A stretch of 64,000 nt of DNA from an uncultured Nitrososphaeraceae archaeon (GTDB lineage Archaea > Thermoproteota > Nitrososphaeria > Nitrososphaerales > Nitrososphaeraceae). The notes under the pieces are model-generated. The model did no database searches. It had not been told where the DNA came from and saw nothing but the letters and a program-made list of their open reading frames with translations. The position numbers were made by a program, and so were the translations under genes. Below are positions 22,412 to 33,819 of the stretch, piece by piece (the stretch's first letter is position 1; each line of letters starts with the position of its first letter). The stretch spans positions 13,289 through 77,288 of the forward strand of contig CAWGVG010000009.1 of assembly GCA_963825865.1 (NCBI GenBank), given 5' to 3'.

Positions 22412-23158
22412 GTGGAAATTCTGCCAATATCAGTCTCAGTAAAAAAAAGTAAGTTTGATCTTTTTGATAGTTTAAATCTATCTGGTTTTAAATTCAGAGA
22501 AAATGACATTCTGATAGTTTCAAGCAAGTATGTTTCAATGAGCGAAGGATCGGTTATGAATCTGGATAAAATAAAGGTTAGCAAAAGAGCGAAATCTCTT
22601 GCTTCTGAATATCATATGAGTGCAAAACTTGCCGAGCTCACATTACGGGAATCTGATTATATTTACAAAGGAATTCCGGGTTTTTTGCTTGCTATCAAAA
22701 ATGGAATAATAGCTCCTAATGCAGGTATTGACAAGTCCAACGTGCCTCGAGGATTTGTCATACTATATCCAAGTAAGCCTTTCAGATCTGCAGAGAACTT
22801 GCGACGAAGATTCCTTGTTAATCGGGGTATTAAAGTTGGTGTTGTTATAGCAGACAGTCGTTTAATGCCTACGCGAATCGGTACTATCGGAGTAGCATTA
22901 GCTAGCGCAGGATTTGAACCTGTTGAAGATCAAAGAGGGAAAAAAGATTTGTTTGGGAATATTCTCAAAGTTACACTTAAGGCAGTTTCAGATAGCCTAG
23001 CTGCTATGGGAGTAGCAGTTATGGGTGAAAGTAACGAATCCATACCCATTGCTGTTATAAGAGGTATAAAGGTAATTACTACAGATAGAAAGCTCTCTTG
23101 GCATGATATGGCAGTAGATGCAAGACAGGATATTTATATCAGAGGATTACAGAGTTGA
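22412..23158 (+). CDS. cofE: Coenzyme F420:L-glutamate ligase
   Basis: VSSKYVSMSEG, PNAGIDKSN, DSR..P.R.G, DLFG..L.VT, MGESNE.IP. Confidence 0.9.
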   Translation: MEILPISVSVKKSKFDLFDSLNLSGFKFRENDILIVSSKYVSMSEGSVMNLDKIKVSKRAKSLASEYHMSAKLAELTLRESDYIYKGIPGFLLAIKNGIIAPNAGIDKSNVPRGFVILYPSKPFRSAENLRRRFLVNRGIKVGVVIADSRLMPTRIGTIGVALASAGFEPVEDQRGKKDLFGNILKVTLKAVSDSLAAMGVAVMGESNESIPIAVIRGIKVITTDRKLSWHDMAVDARQDIYIRGLQS

Positions 23159-23242
23159 ATTATTTCTCCTTCTTAGGATGAACAGATTTTCATGACATAG
23201 CGTTTTAATATTCCATATTATAAAATATGATTGCCATAATAC

Positions 23243-23797
23243 ATGCCCGAATTCCTGACAAGCTATCCTAGACGTATAAATGTGGTAAAGGGATTGCAAG
23301 ATTTTATACACCGTGAAGAAATAGAACTTGACCATTTAAGTTTGATGGTAAAAATAAAGAAAGACGAAATAATCAGAACGTTAATTTCAGAGGGTTTCAG
23401 ACGAGTCAAATTAGAAAACAAAAAATCTACCCAGATTGGTAACGGATTTACAAAGAAACTCATTAAACCTTGGGAAATACATGTTAGGCTATTGGATATT
23501 CAGCAGGGTTTGATTGCAATTCAGGCCGAAGTAGAAATCTCCCGGAAATATATCCAACATATTCGCTCGGTAAGAGCGCCAGTTATCTACGAAATAGAAT
23601 CTATTCTCAAAAACCATAGCATAGAATATCAAATCTGGAATGCAAAAGTCAGAGATTATATTACCAACATTATTGACAATCACCAGATTAAACTCAAAGC
23701 TCCAAAACTACCGGCTATGCCTTGGATACCCATGATATGTTTTGGAATAACTATAGCGACACTTGATGCATTAAAATTTCTAGGAGTGCTTCGATAA
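23243..23797 (+). CDS. Hypothetical protein with C-terminal hydrophobic anchor
   Basis: 184-aa ORF; C-terminal TM-like segment. Confidence 0.7.
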   Translation: MPEFLTSYPRRINVVKGLQDFIHREEIELDHLSLMVKIKKDEIIRTLISEGFRRVKLENKKSTQIGNGFTKKLIKPWEIHVRLLDIQQGLIAIQAEVEISRKYIQHIRSVRAPVIYEIESILKNHSIEYQIWNAKVRDYITNIIDNHQIKLKAPKLPAMPWIPMICFGITIATLDALKFLGVLR

Positions 23798-23798
23798 A

Positions 23799-24602
23799 TT
23801 AGTGTTTATTTTTCAGACTACCTTCATTATCACCTTTGTATAGATGTAATCCGTATTTCCAATTATGTTTTTCCATGTCATCTATAAAGGAAAGCAGAAC
23901 ATCCTCTATGGCTTTTAAGGCCTTCTGCCCTTTCTGAACAGTTGCTTTCCTTGGCGCTCCTGTTACCCCTGTATTTGTTAGCTCATTAAATCTCCAGTAT
24001 ATTCTTATATTCTTTGGTAACTTTGGAAATATTTCCTGCGGTGCATATTTCATGTCTACCAAATCAGGACGGGCTGCGAGCATTGCGGAAGTCTCTGCTT
24101 CCCCACCATGGCCAAGTCCATTCCATACATCAAAAAGGTTTTTTGTAATTTCACCAACTAGTACCCACCAAGCTTCTAAACAAGCAATTGCTACTTCGGG
24201 GTATTTGTCCTTTACCACTCTTGCAGCTAGCTCTATGGGAGCAATGTTCCCATCATGTCCGTTTATGACAAGAATCTTTTTTATATCATTTTTAACCAGA
24301 CTTGCAAAAAGATCTTCTATGACTCTTACAAGTGTTTCCGGCTCCAAACTTATGGTCATCTGAAAATCCATATGATGTAAACTAACTCCATATGGAACAG
24401 CTGGAAGTATCAAAACATTCTTATTCTTGTCAGACCTTTCAGCGACCCTTTTTGCTAACTCTATTGGGACAAGGAAATCTGAGCCAAATGGCATATGATC
24501 ACCGTGGTTTTCACATGCACCAAAAATAAGTATTGCCACAGTTTGTCTATTTACATTTTTTCTTACCTGTATTGCATTCATTTCTTCAAGCATACCATGC
24601 AA
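23799..24602 (-). CDS. Creatininase-family amidohydrolase
   Basis: GACENHGDHMPFGSD, YGVSLHH, NGHDGN, HGGEAETS. Confidence 0.92.
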   Translation of the reverse strand: MHGMLEEMNAIQVRKNVNRQTVAILIFGACENHGDHMPFGSDFLVPIELAKRVAERSDKNKNVLILPAVPYGVSLHHMDFQMTISLEPETLVRVIEDLFASLVKNDIKKILVINGHDGNIAPIELAARVVKDKYPEVAIACLEAWWVLVGEITKNLFDVWNGLGHGGEAETSAMLAARPDLVDMKYAPQEIFPKLPKNIRIYWRFNELTNTGVTGAPRKATVQKGQKALKAIEDVLLSFIDDMEKHNWKYGLHLYKGDNEGSLKNKH

Positions 24603-24752
24603 ATTAATTAGTCGCCTGGTTATTACGGTAATATAATGGTGAATTTAAGTATATAAAATGCATTAAACATTGAGAATACAATCAGACAACTTTTCATGCC
24701 CCTGTTATGAATGTATGATTTGAATAAGACCTTGTGTTATTAAAAACCTTTA

Positions 24753-27131
24753 TTACAACAGCTCCGCTTGGATATCTCTTGTTCTTTCTTTATGCAATTC
24801 CTCATACCATTTTCTTTTTTTCTTTCTATTATTCCTAGGATTTTCATAAACAGTCCTATCAAAGCCAAAATACCCTAGAACAGTTTCTGCGGCATCAAGT
24901 ATCATTTCTCTGTACTTATCCTTGTCATAATTCAGAGTTCTCTTTTCCTCCTTACCGTCTTTTTCTCCATTTTGCAAAATCTCTAAAGGTACAACTCTGC
25001 AAAGGGGATTTTTGTGTTGTGAGTTTGTGTAAATATACTGAATAGTATCACCTTTTGTTGGATACTTTCCTCCTTTATTGTTTAATTGATAGCATTGAAT
25101 AGCAGCAGAGACATGAGGAAATAAGCTCTTGTACTTTTGCATATACTGTCCAAGCAACTTGGAGATTACAAGATCCTCTTGGCGAATCTCTTCACCTGTC
25201 ATAATTTTATCTATTGCCTTGGTAACCAGTAAAAGAGCATTTTGATATCCTTTGTTTACCACTTCAACTGAATCTTTGCAATCAAAAAGTGTGTATAGCA
25301 ATTCAGTTTGAAATTCTTTTATAAAGTTTGGCCTGACTCTTTGGATAATCTATCTACAACTTGTAGATAATCGCTTATTGTTTTTGTAGTTGTACCAGGC
25401 AGCAGCAGCAGCAGCATCTTTCCTTTTAATAAATACAGAGTCTGTATCTGCATATACCAGCTCATAGCCTAACTGCTGAACAATATCCTTTGTTTTTATC
25501 AATATTTCCCTAGATATTTTGTTTATTTCCTCAAAAGCAAGCACATTACAATATCTATTCCAGAGAGAACCAGTTGCACCATAAAGACAAACTAGTATGT
25601 TCTTTAGTGAGTCAACACGCTGTTGACACCAGAAAGACTCTATGCTCTCCTTTGGTAGTTCTTTTAATAGTCTCTTAAAATAGAGCCGTCTTTTGAGAAA
25701 TTTTTCCACTACTGTTGGCAGTAAGCCTTTCTTTTCGTTGTCATTAGATTGTTGTACCTATGACTACTCCTAACCCTTGTTCTTGCTCCAAGGTAACAGT
25801 TTCATAGCTTATTGTGATTTACTATTAGATTTGCGTATTCGCTGTCATAATCTAATGCGACAACGTTTTCATGCAGGCCTACCTGAGGGGAAATTATCAT
25901 ACCGCCCTTATCCCTTGATACCAGTTCCTCTAAAGTCCTAATGCGTTCATGGTTGTTATTATTGTTCTTGCTTCCACCAGAATGATTATTCTTTGAAATA
26001 ACAAAGCCTCTCTGGATTAATTCATAACAGTTTCTGCTATCTATTAGACGGTTTATACCATACCTTGAAGCCATCCCCAAAGGAACGAAACCGAACCTTA
26101 ATCTCTCTATTAATCCTGCAAATCCAAAACCATTAAATGCTGGGTGTTGTTGTTGTCTATTGATCCCACCACTACGATCACTGCTTTCAAGGCAAATTCT
26201 GCCTTTGATCCACTCTGATAATGGGCGCTTTAAATTCATGAAATCGTCTGCTGAGACCTCTCTACCTAGTTGCAAGTTAAGCCCAAGTCTCTTTATTCGT
26301 GTAAATAGGTAATGAAATATTTTACTCTCAAACTCTCCCACGCAAACAATAATGTCTGGATCTTTATCAATCACATAATTAGAGAAATCCTGAATGATGG
26401 TATTTTCTGCATTACTTTGGAATGAAACATGTTCTCCATTCTCCTTTGAATCACCGCTTTCATACCTAACCTTTATCATTCTAATCGGATCATCAAAAGT
26501 AAATTTTCCTGAAAATGTCTGAACGTCAAAATATAGTAATGAAAAGGGCGGTGGAGATACCTCTTGTTCATCATCAATTTTGTTTATTTTAAGTACCTTA
26601 GTACCATCGGTACTCGACTTTAACTTTGCTTGTGGGTTCAATTTTCAATTTGGTAAACAAATATTGCTGGATATGAGAGAGATCTGTATTGAACAATTGC
26701 TTGACTCTCTGGTCTTTTTCTAATATTTTTAGAATGGGCGTATAATACTGCGTGGATTGTGGGTAAACACAAATTATACCAATTAACATTAATTCGCTAA
26801 CACTTTGCTAATATTTTGAGTTGAAATACGTCGATAGTTGTTAGCGAACTTTTGTTAACTGGTATAGTTTTTTCTTTTTTGTTGTAGTATTATCATGATC
26901 AAAAAGATTTGTAAGCTTGTCCTCCTCCCATCTAACTTTGGCCACTATGGTTTGTTGAGATAATATTTGGAAAAGATGTAATCCATCAGATTCATTTCTG
27001 GGTAATATGTAGAACCTTGGCTGATAAGTGTCTATTAGCTTAAGGATCTGTCTATCGATAGTTTTTATCCACAGGACAGCTTGATTATGTTCTATAGAAA
27101 TATCAAAAAGCCAGCCGGTACAACTTGACAT
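24753..27131 (-). pseudogene. polB: Second family B polymerase copy, disrupted by a MITE insertion and a ~150-bp internal deletion
   Basis: Collinear with 5338-7785; same motifs (DYDSEY, YADTDS); lacks the segment with KHYYG/RGIEIRRHD. Confidence 0.9.
26777..26864. mobile_element. 88-bp MITE with TA target duplication (IS630/Tc1-mariner-type signature)
   Basis: 26-bp TIRs (22/26) TACCAATTAACATTAATTCGCTAACA; TA at 26775-26776 and 26865-26866; the paralog has an empty site with a single TA near 5602. Confidence 0.92.
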
Positions 27132-27162
27132 TGTTATTATATTATGGCTCCAATTATTCCTA

Positions 27163-27534
27163 CTACTGTTGCTGTTGCTGTAGTTGCTTGTCTCCCTTGG
27201 GTTTCATTTCCATGTGTATGTCATTTAATTTATCTTGAAGTAACGTGATATCCTGCTTGAGTTCCTCTATTTCAACATCCTTTTCCTTTAATTCCTTTGC
27301 CAATACTGCAATAAGCTTTCTATTGTGTATTGATGCCATGACATTTAATTTGTCACTAACCGTGGGTAAGGTAGAATTACCCATAGCAGCCTGTTCTGGA
27401 TTCCAGGCTTCCTTTAACAGCAAGTCAAATGCACTTTTATGGCCTAAATCTACAAGCGCTGCCTGGAGCTCTGTTCTTAGCTCTGATATCGTTTCCTCAT
27501 ATAGTTGACGGAATGATGGCGTTATTCTACCTAT
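27163..27534 (-). CDS. Small PolB2-associated-type protein, copy 2 (123 aa if it starts at ATA 27534)
   Basis: Open frame (I/M)GRITPSFRQLYEETISELRTELQAALVDLGHKSAFDLLLKEAW...; in-frame TGA two codons upstream. Confidence 0.8.
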   Translation of the reverse strand: MGRITPSFRQLYEETISELRTELQAALVDLGHKSAFDLLLKEAWNPEQAAMGNSTLPTVSDKLNVMASIHNRKLIAVLAKELKEKDVEIEELKQDITLLQDKLNDIHMEMKPKGDKQLQQQQQ

Positions 27535-27571
27535 ATGTCAACACCCCAAATCAATTTTTTTGGTTCAGAAT

Positions 27572-28124
27572 TCAATCTAAAAGTGTTATTCCTCCACTAA
27601 ACTTTCTAAGGTAAAGAACTGTTGATTTGGGAGTTTTCATATACTGATGTTTAACCAATGTCGCTTTAAATGAAGGAATGGCAGCAGTACTGTTAGGATA
27701 TTCTTTAATATGTACAATCACATTTGCAGCATGTTTTAGGTATATTCCCCCTATGGGCCTTGGTATTACACCTTTGCTTGTCAAATTCGCATCACCAGTG
27801 CATACTAGTGCTACTTTACCCTTAGCACAAGCCTTGCAAACTATCCCTACAACCTGCTTCAGGACATTGGCAGTTTCCATTTTCTTTTTTGAGTCTTAAA
27901 ATCTTGTTAATCTATTAATTACTAGCAGACTTGATATCCTTGTTAGATTCTATTAGGTCAGCAACCTGTTCTGCAACCAATAGCTGTTGCTGGTCGTTAT
28001 ATGCTGTATGTATATACAAGTTCTTAAAAACAATCTTTGGATTTATGCTAGCACATTTTGCTGCAACTCCTAACTTTTCTGGGCTAAGAGACGTCTTTCT
28101 ACTGTTGTAATAATCTACATCCAA
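27572..28124 (-). pseudogene. 5'-truncated copy of the inactive RadA-like gene
   Basis: Matches ~4370-4915 from YYNSRKTSLSPEK onward; no homology upstream of ~28120. Confidence 0.85.
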
Positions 28125-28530
28125 TTTTTCTATACAAGCCTTTTGTTGAGAACAGTTTATTTCCTTTCAAACCCGGCGAAGATTTGCTCGTAAAGATAGG
28201 TAACCACAAGCTAAGTGTTACAAAACTAATAGATTAAAAATACAGTACAATAGTGATAAATAAAAGGCAAGCTAGTTAATAAACGATAACAATAAAAATT
28301 TGCAAAATATACAATACTTCAATTGCCTTGTGCTAACATGATTACGGAAAAACTAAGTTGGAGTTAGTTGATAGTGTAAGAAAAATCATTTATAATTAAT
28401 TTGATTTTAATGAGCCCTTTTAAGAAACAAAACTATATTTTGTGAAGACACATAGTGTTCTCGTTTACTTATAAGCATTCATTAGTATCATATGAATTCG
28501 TAAATAAGATGTTGTGATATAATTATTATT

Positions 28531-28743
28531 ATGGGACAAAGAGGAAAAGTAACTGATATTTCAGAACAAGCCACCTGTGAAATATGTGGTTTGACAGCTC
28601 GTACCAAAGATGAAATTGAAGAACATATAAGTCGTGCACATGAGACCAAAGGATCGAAAGTCTCATCAGAACAGAAGGTTGATCCCTTTCCAAAAAATAT
28701 TAAGATATCAACAACCGGCGAAAAAGAAGAACAACGTGAGTAA
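28531..28743 (+). CDS. Small C2H2 zinc-finger protein
   Basis: CEIC-x12-H-x4-H. Confidence 0.75.
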   Translation: MGQRGKVTDISEQATCEICGLTARTKDEIEEHISRAHETKGSKVSSEQKVDPFPKNIKISTTGEKEEQRE

Positions 28744-28886
28744 TCTGATATTTGAAAACAAAACTTTAGGAAGATCCTCAGCCACAAAACTTGAATTAAG
28801 GGCTACTGCGAAGTCATATACAAATATAGCTAACGAGAGATCTGCATTAGTATTCGGTTTGCCAATAACATCAGAATGATACGGAC

Positions 28887-29270
28887 ATGATCTTTAATTT
28901 TATCATAACCATAATTGTCAAAGCCTTTGCTATTGTCTATAGATGGTTAGATCAATATCTGATAGCATATCTTCTCAACTTTGTCAAAGGATTTGAATTT
29001 GCGATAATCATTATGTCTATGATATTGTTTCTACTGATTAGTGTATTCTTAACAATAAGACACCTAAAAAAATTGCCAAAATACTACATTATAGAAATTG
29101 TAGATGCCTATGGCAAGAAGACTACAATTGATGACTTAAGACTAATTTTTGCAACTTATGATGCTGCCGAAAGTTATGCCCGTTTTTATCGTGATATATA
29201 TAAAGAACAATACAAATTCAGAGTCATTGGTCTTAAGGATGAACGTATTGTTAACGAAAACAGGCCATAA
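28887..29270 (+). CDS. Hypothetical membrane protein
   Basis: Hydrophobic N-terminal half, soluble C-terminus. Confidence 0.55.
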   Translation: MIFNFIITIIVKAFAIVYRWLDQYLIAYLLNFVKGFEFAIIIMSMILFLLISVFLTIRHLKKLPKYYIIEIVDAYGKKTTIDDLRLIFATYDAAESYARFYRDIYKEQYKFRVIGLKDERIVNENRP

Positions 29271-29584
29271 AGAACAGGACATTTGAAGAATTTAATAGTA
29301 CAAAATGCAAACATAGAGGTTTCCTTGAATAGTATTCTATTGTTACAGTATTAGAAGCAGAACCAAACGAACTCATAATTTTTGAAACATAGTCCATGAT
29401 ATAAGCAGATTTGCTTACCATTTTCTTTGAGCAATATATTACGCAGATTCTCAATATTGCTATTTTCATCCATCTTAACAGGGCATTGCAAATGTCCCCT
29501 CAGGTAGTTATAAAGTATTACAATCCAGTATCAAAGTTTATGTTTAATTTACAGATCAATTCAATATGCATATAATACAGGACT

Positions 29585-30221
29585 ATGATGAAATCAAAAG
29601 TAGTGGTGCATCTCTATGAAAGCATATTCTCAAATCTAATCCATTAAAAGATCATATAAAAGAGATCTGATAATATATCTTCCTCCTGGTTATTCTCAAT
29701 CTTATTCAAAAAGATATGTTACTGTTTTTGGACTTCCCGGTTTGGGTAGTCAAGGAATGACATTATTAAATGCAGGATCCTCTAGGAGAGAATATTGAAG
29801 AAAGAGTGAATCGTTTGATTCAGGGAAAAAATGTGGCCAATGATTTTGGTGTTAGTGGATTGCTTTACGAGGTTTGGACAGCGTCGATTTACCCTTTAAC
29901 ACGAAAATAGTGGAAATGTTGCAAAACGCATGGAATCGCTGGCTCTCTTGGGATCCAGTCAGAATGGTTGAGAAGTATGGTAAGAATCTAAATAGGCTAA
30001 AATTTATCTGTCTTGACTGTGGAACTCGAGATGAGTTCAATCTCCACTGGGGAGATAGGATACTTCACTCTAAGCTTGAAAGTACAAATATAAAGCATTA
30101 TTACGAAGAGTTCAATGATGGACACATGCAAACTATCGATACGATCAATCACTACCAAAAATTTATTCTGCACTGTCATATGTCGTTTGGAGTCGATACG
30201 GTACAGACGACAACGCCCTAA
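29585..30221 (+). pseudogene. Degraded alpha/beta-hydrolase (esterase) with internal deletion
   Basis: LKSNPL, IYLPPGYS, LVLVDCFTRFG, then a jump to W.RWL.WDP, LDCGTRDEF, EEFNDGH; central nucleophile region not seen. Confidence 0.7.
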
Positions 30222-30275
30222 GAGTAACAGTTGTAACCATCATAAATATACTCTGGAATAGAGATTAAGCGAAGG

Positions 30276-31208
30276 TTATGATTTTGTCGCCTTTATCAAC
30301 ACATAATCAATAATTCCTTTTTCGGATAAATCTTTCATCTTCAATGCTGATTTATAGACAATATTTTCTGCCCTGTTATAAAGGATATTTTGGAAGTAAG
30401 ATTGACGTTCCTTCATAATTATATCTTTGAATATTTTTCTATTTTGAATATAATAATTGGTTAGAGGTGCATATACATGCGATCCTATGAATAGAATATC
30501 TTTGATCGTAAAACCCTCGTTTGCAATTATTGATTTAATGTTTGTTAATTTATAATGCTCTGATGCCCAAGTTAAAGAAAGAATTCCGAGTTTTATAAAT
30601 TGCATTAGTGATGCAGTGAGAACAGTTGTTATGACTGGGATGGCAATAACAAGCAATCCATCGTACTTCAAGACTCGCCTAGATTCTCGGATAAATTGTA
30701 TTAATGGTTTAAAATGCTGCGCAGATTCTAAAGCGACTACTCTGTCTACACAATGATCTACAAATGGCAATATTGTGGCAGTAGCATTTGCTAGTGTTAT
30801 AACACCATTAATATCAATAGTTTGGCTAATTGATGCATCTTTATAATATGCAATACTGGGAACTATTTTTGTGGCAGCTTCCAGTTGCTGAAGATTGATA
30901 TTTATACATACAATAGTGAGGAAGTTATACCTTGATTTCCAATGTATTGCTGGTGCGGAAAATCCACTTCCAACATCCATCACCTTTCTTGCAGAATGTA
31001 AGTCGGCAAATTCTCCCATTAACGTACAGAGTTCATATTGTGCCTGTAAAGGATTCTTAGTGTTTTTATTCCAGTATCCAAAATTAATCATATTTCCGCC
31101 CGTAGCGACCTGTACAAATGGTGTCAGAAAATTGTAAAAGTTAACAATATCTCGCTCATTTCTCCTGAGCATCCACAAAAAGGAGTTAAGTGGATTTAAT
31201 AAAACCAA
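30276..31208 (-). CDS. Class I SAM-dependent methyltransferase
   Basis: INFGYW, VMDVGSG, LPF, ALESAQHF. Confidence 0.88.
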   Translation of the reverse strand: MVLLNPLNSFLWMLRRNERDIVNFYNFLTPFVQVATGGNMINFGYWNKNTKNPLQAQYELCTLMGEFADLHSARKVMDVGSGFSAPAIHWKSRYNFLTIVCININLQQLEAATKIVPSIAYYKDASISQTIDINGVITLANATATILPFVDHCVDRVVALESAQHFKPLIQFIRESRRVLKYDGLLVIAIPVITTVLTASLMQFIKLGILSLTWASEHYKLTNIKSIIANEGFTIKDILFIGSHVYAPLTNYYIQNRKIFKDIIMKERQSYFQNILYNRAENIVYKSALKMKDLSEKGIIDYVLIKATKS

Positions 31209-31624
31209 CGTTACTATCTTTTAAGTGTTTTAATACGATATAACGGTTGTTACGCGTGTTGCGTTTGAAGAACTGATATAATGATAATAATATGTCTTGT
31301 TTTTATGACGAGTTTCGAAATTTTCATTCTCAACTACTTCAACAACATAAAAGTAATCACGTATTACTAGTATTCTAACTATCTTTACTGCCGTAGTAAA
31401 ACTCAGCACAAGGTTTTAAACAATAAAAAAAGTTCGTTACATGCTTGTTTGGTATTTCTTCTTCAGAAAAGTAAAAATTGTTTTTGTTGAGATTGTACTT
31501 AAACCTTAGAATCGACTTACGCTAACTCCGCCTCCTGTGGCTTGACATAGTATTCAGAAATTAGTTGGCTACTCTTCTTATATATTGATATATACTACCA
31601 AATGATGAATTATAGTAATTAATA

Positions 31625-33143
31625 TTGTCACGGAGGATAAATTCTAGAATTTCTCTGAAGATAGGAATTCTAGTAGTCATTGAAATCATCTCTATTATTA
31701 GTAGTTTTGGCATACTTGCATATTTTCAATCCCAAGGAACATTTTTAGGCAATTCTATAAATATTGCAGGCAAAAATCGATTTCTCACATCTAATCTTCT
31801 TTTGCAGACAATAGAACGTATTACAGGATCTCCCAATAATGTTCCATTGCTAAATGCTGCAATGAACAAATTGGAATCAAATATATCACTCTTAAAGCAA
31901 GGCGGAAAAATTATTTCTGACATAGAGATAAAGCCACTTCCTTCACAGTTCTTAGATCAATGGAAAATAATTGATGAAAAGTGGCATGTCTATAAAGAGT
32001 TTATTATAGATAAAGTAATCAACAAATCAAATCAACTAAAAACGACAATGACGGCAACAACAATTGATCAATCGACAAAAAGTGAATTGGAATCGATGGC
32101 TTTTAGCTTGGTTGATTCATCGGATAAATTAGTTGCACAGTTAGGAGAACTTGCGACAAAAAATTCCCAGAATTTAATGGTACTACAGATTCTTTTTGGA
32201 ATTTTAAATATAGGTATCCTTATATTTATCCTATACCTTGTAATGAAAATCATCAGACCAATATATGCTCTGACATATGCAACATCTGAAATTAAAAAAG
32301 GAAATCTTGATGTGTCAATAAAGTGTAAAGGCAACGACGAACTTTCAATTCTCAGCGAGTCATTCAATTCCATGGTAGATTCTATAAAAAACTATGTTAA
32401 AAATCAGAATGAGTTAGCAAATGAGCTGAAAGAAGCAAATGAGCAATTGAAAGATAAAGATCGATTAAAAGATGAATTCATTAATATCGCAGCCCATGAG
32501 TTACGTACTCCTATCCAACCTATACTTGGGTTGTCGGAAATACTTCTTCGTTCTCGTAAGGTAAATGGTAAAACTGATACAGAAGGAGAACAATCCCTAG
32601 AAGCTATCATTAGGAATTCAAAAAGATTGTTCCGACTTTCACAAGATATTTTAGATGTTTCAAAAATTGAAAGTCATTCTCTTGACCTAAAGAAAGAACG
32701 ATTCAATCTAAATGATGTGATTCTTGAATATCATCGAAGATTATATCAATCAAGCTGAAAAAGAAGGAAAGAGAGATATTAAGTTATTATATGAACCAAG
32801 GGAAGATATTTTTGTAGAAGCAGACAGAGGAAGGCTAAACCAGGTTATTTCTAATTTGATTAGTAACGCTGTCAAATTTACTAAAGAAGGAACTATATTT
32901 GTCAATGCAGAAAAGAAAGACAAACAACAGGTTATCGTTAGCATAAAGGATAGTGGCATTGGTATAGATCCCCAAATACAACCAAGGCTTTTTACAAAAT
33001 TTGCTACAAAATCACATACAGGTACTGGGTTAGGATTGTTTATCTCCAAAAATATCATAGAAGCTCACGGTGGCAGAATATGGGCTGAAAACAATTCTAA
33101 TGGCAAAGGAGCTACATTTTCATTTAGCTTTGCCAATAAGTAA
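31625..33143 (+). CDS. Membrane sensor histidine kinase (NarX/PilJ-like sensor, HAMP, HisKA, HATPase; frameshift near 32725)
   Basis: Two TM segments, INIAGKNR, HAMP, AAHELRTP, NLISNAVKF, DSGIG, GTGLGL. Confidence 0.92.
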
Positions 33144-33348
33144 ACAACAGCAGACAGACGTAAAGGAAACTAATCATCTTTAACACCATCAAGAATAAAA
33201 ACATTGCTTGTGAATAACCATCAGAGATAAAATGCTTTAGAATGTTTTTAAAAGATATACTGCTTTGTATTTGATGCGTTCTACGAACCTATGTCTGGCA
33301 TTATAATTTATTTGTTCTATTACTCCCCAGGCGACATATAAGATTTTG

Positions 33349-33819
33349 TTAATCTGGTCCCACAATAGGCAACGCCTTACTAGGTGGTAAGTTAAAAGTA
33401 TTTTGTTCTCGCTCTTTCTCTATTACTTTTTCAAACTCAATTGAGATCTCTACTGGTGCATTGAATTTTAGGCTCAGTTCATTGGCAAGGATTCCAATAG
33501 ATTTTGGGTCAGCAAATTCTTTTGAACCATTCAAGAAGACCCTTGTCTGACTATACAAAACCTTGCCGCCAAATTTTGCGTGAAGAAAATTTACAAGCTC
33601 TTGAACAATTTTTGGTGGAATTTCGTTATAGTAGAACGATATACCGTGAACAGGCTCGTTCTCATAAGGTGTGCCGTACTTAAACCAGAAAATACCGACT
33701 TGCTGATATTCACCTAGAATACATTTGATCTCCCAGTGATTAGTCTTTTCAATAGGATACCTTGCCTCTAAAACATCAGTAATGCCTAATCTCCAATATC
33801 TGACACGCATATTTACCAA
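33349..33819 (-). CDS. Hypothetical protein
   Basis: 156-aa ORF with globular composition. Confidence 0.65.
   Translation of the reverse strand: MVNMRVRYWRLGITDVLEARYPIEKTNHWEIKCILGEYQQVGIFWFKYGTPYENEPVHGISFYYNEIPPKIVQELVNFLHAKFGGKVLYSQTRVFLNGSKEFADPKSIGILANELSLKFNAPVEISIEFEKVIEKEREQNTFNLPPSKALPIVGPD

Noticed and set aside
25351-25369. TATCTACAA-C-TTGTAGATA hairpin resembling a Cas12a repeat stem
   Set aside because: Single occurrence inside polB coding sequence (DYLQVVDR on the minus strand).
28125-28140. IS-like end (reverse complement GGCTTGTATAGAAAAA) at the truncation point of cassette copy 2
   Set aside because: Only loosely similar to the IS5 TIR at 52675, with no partner end or target duplication found at the other side of the copy.
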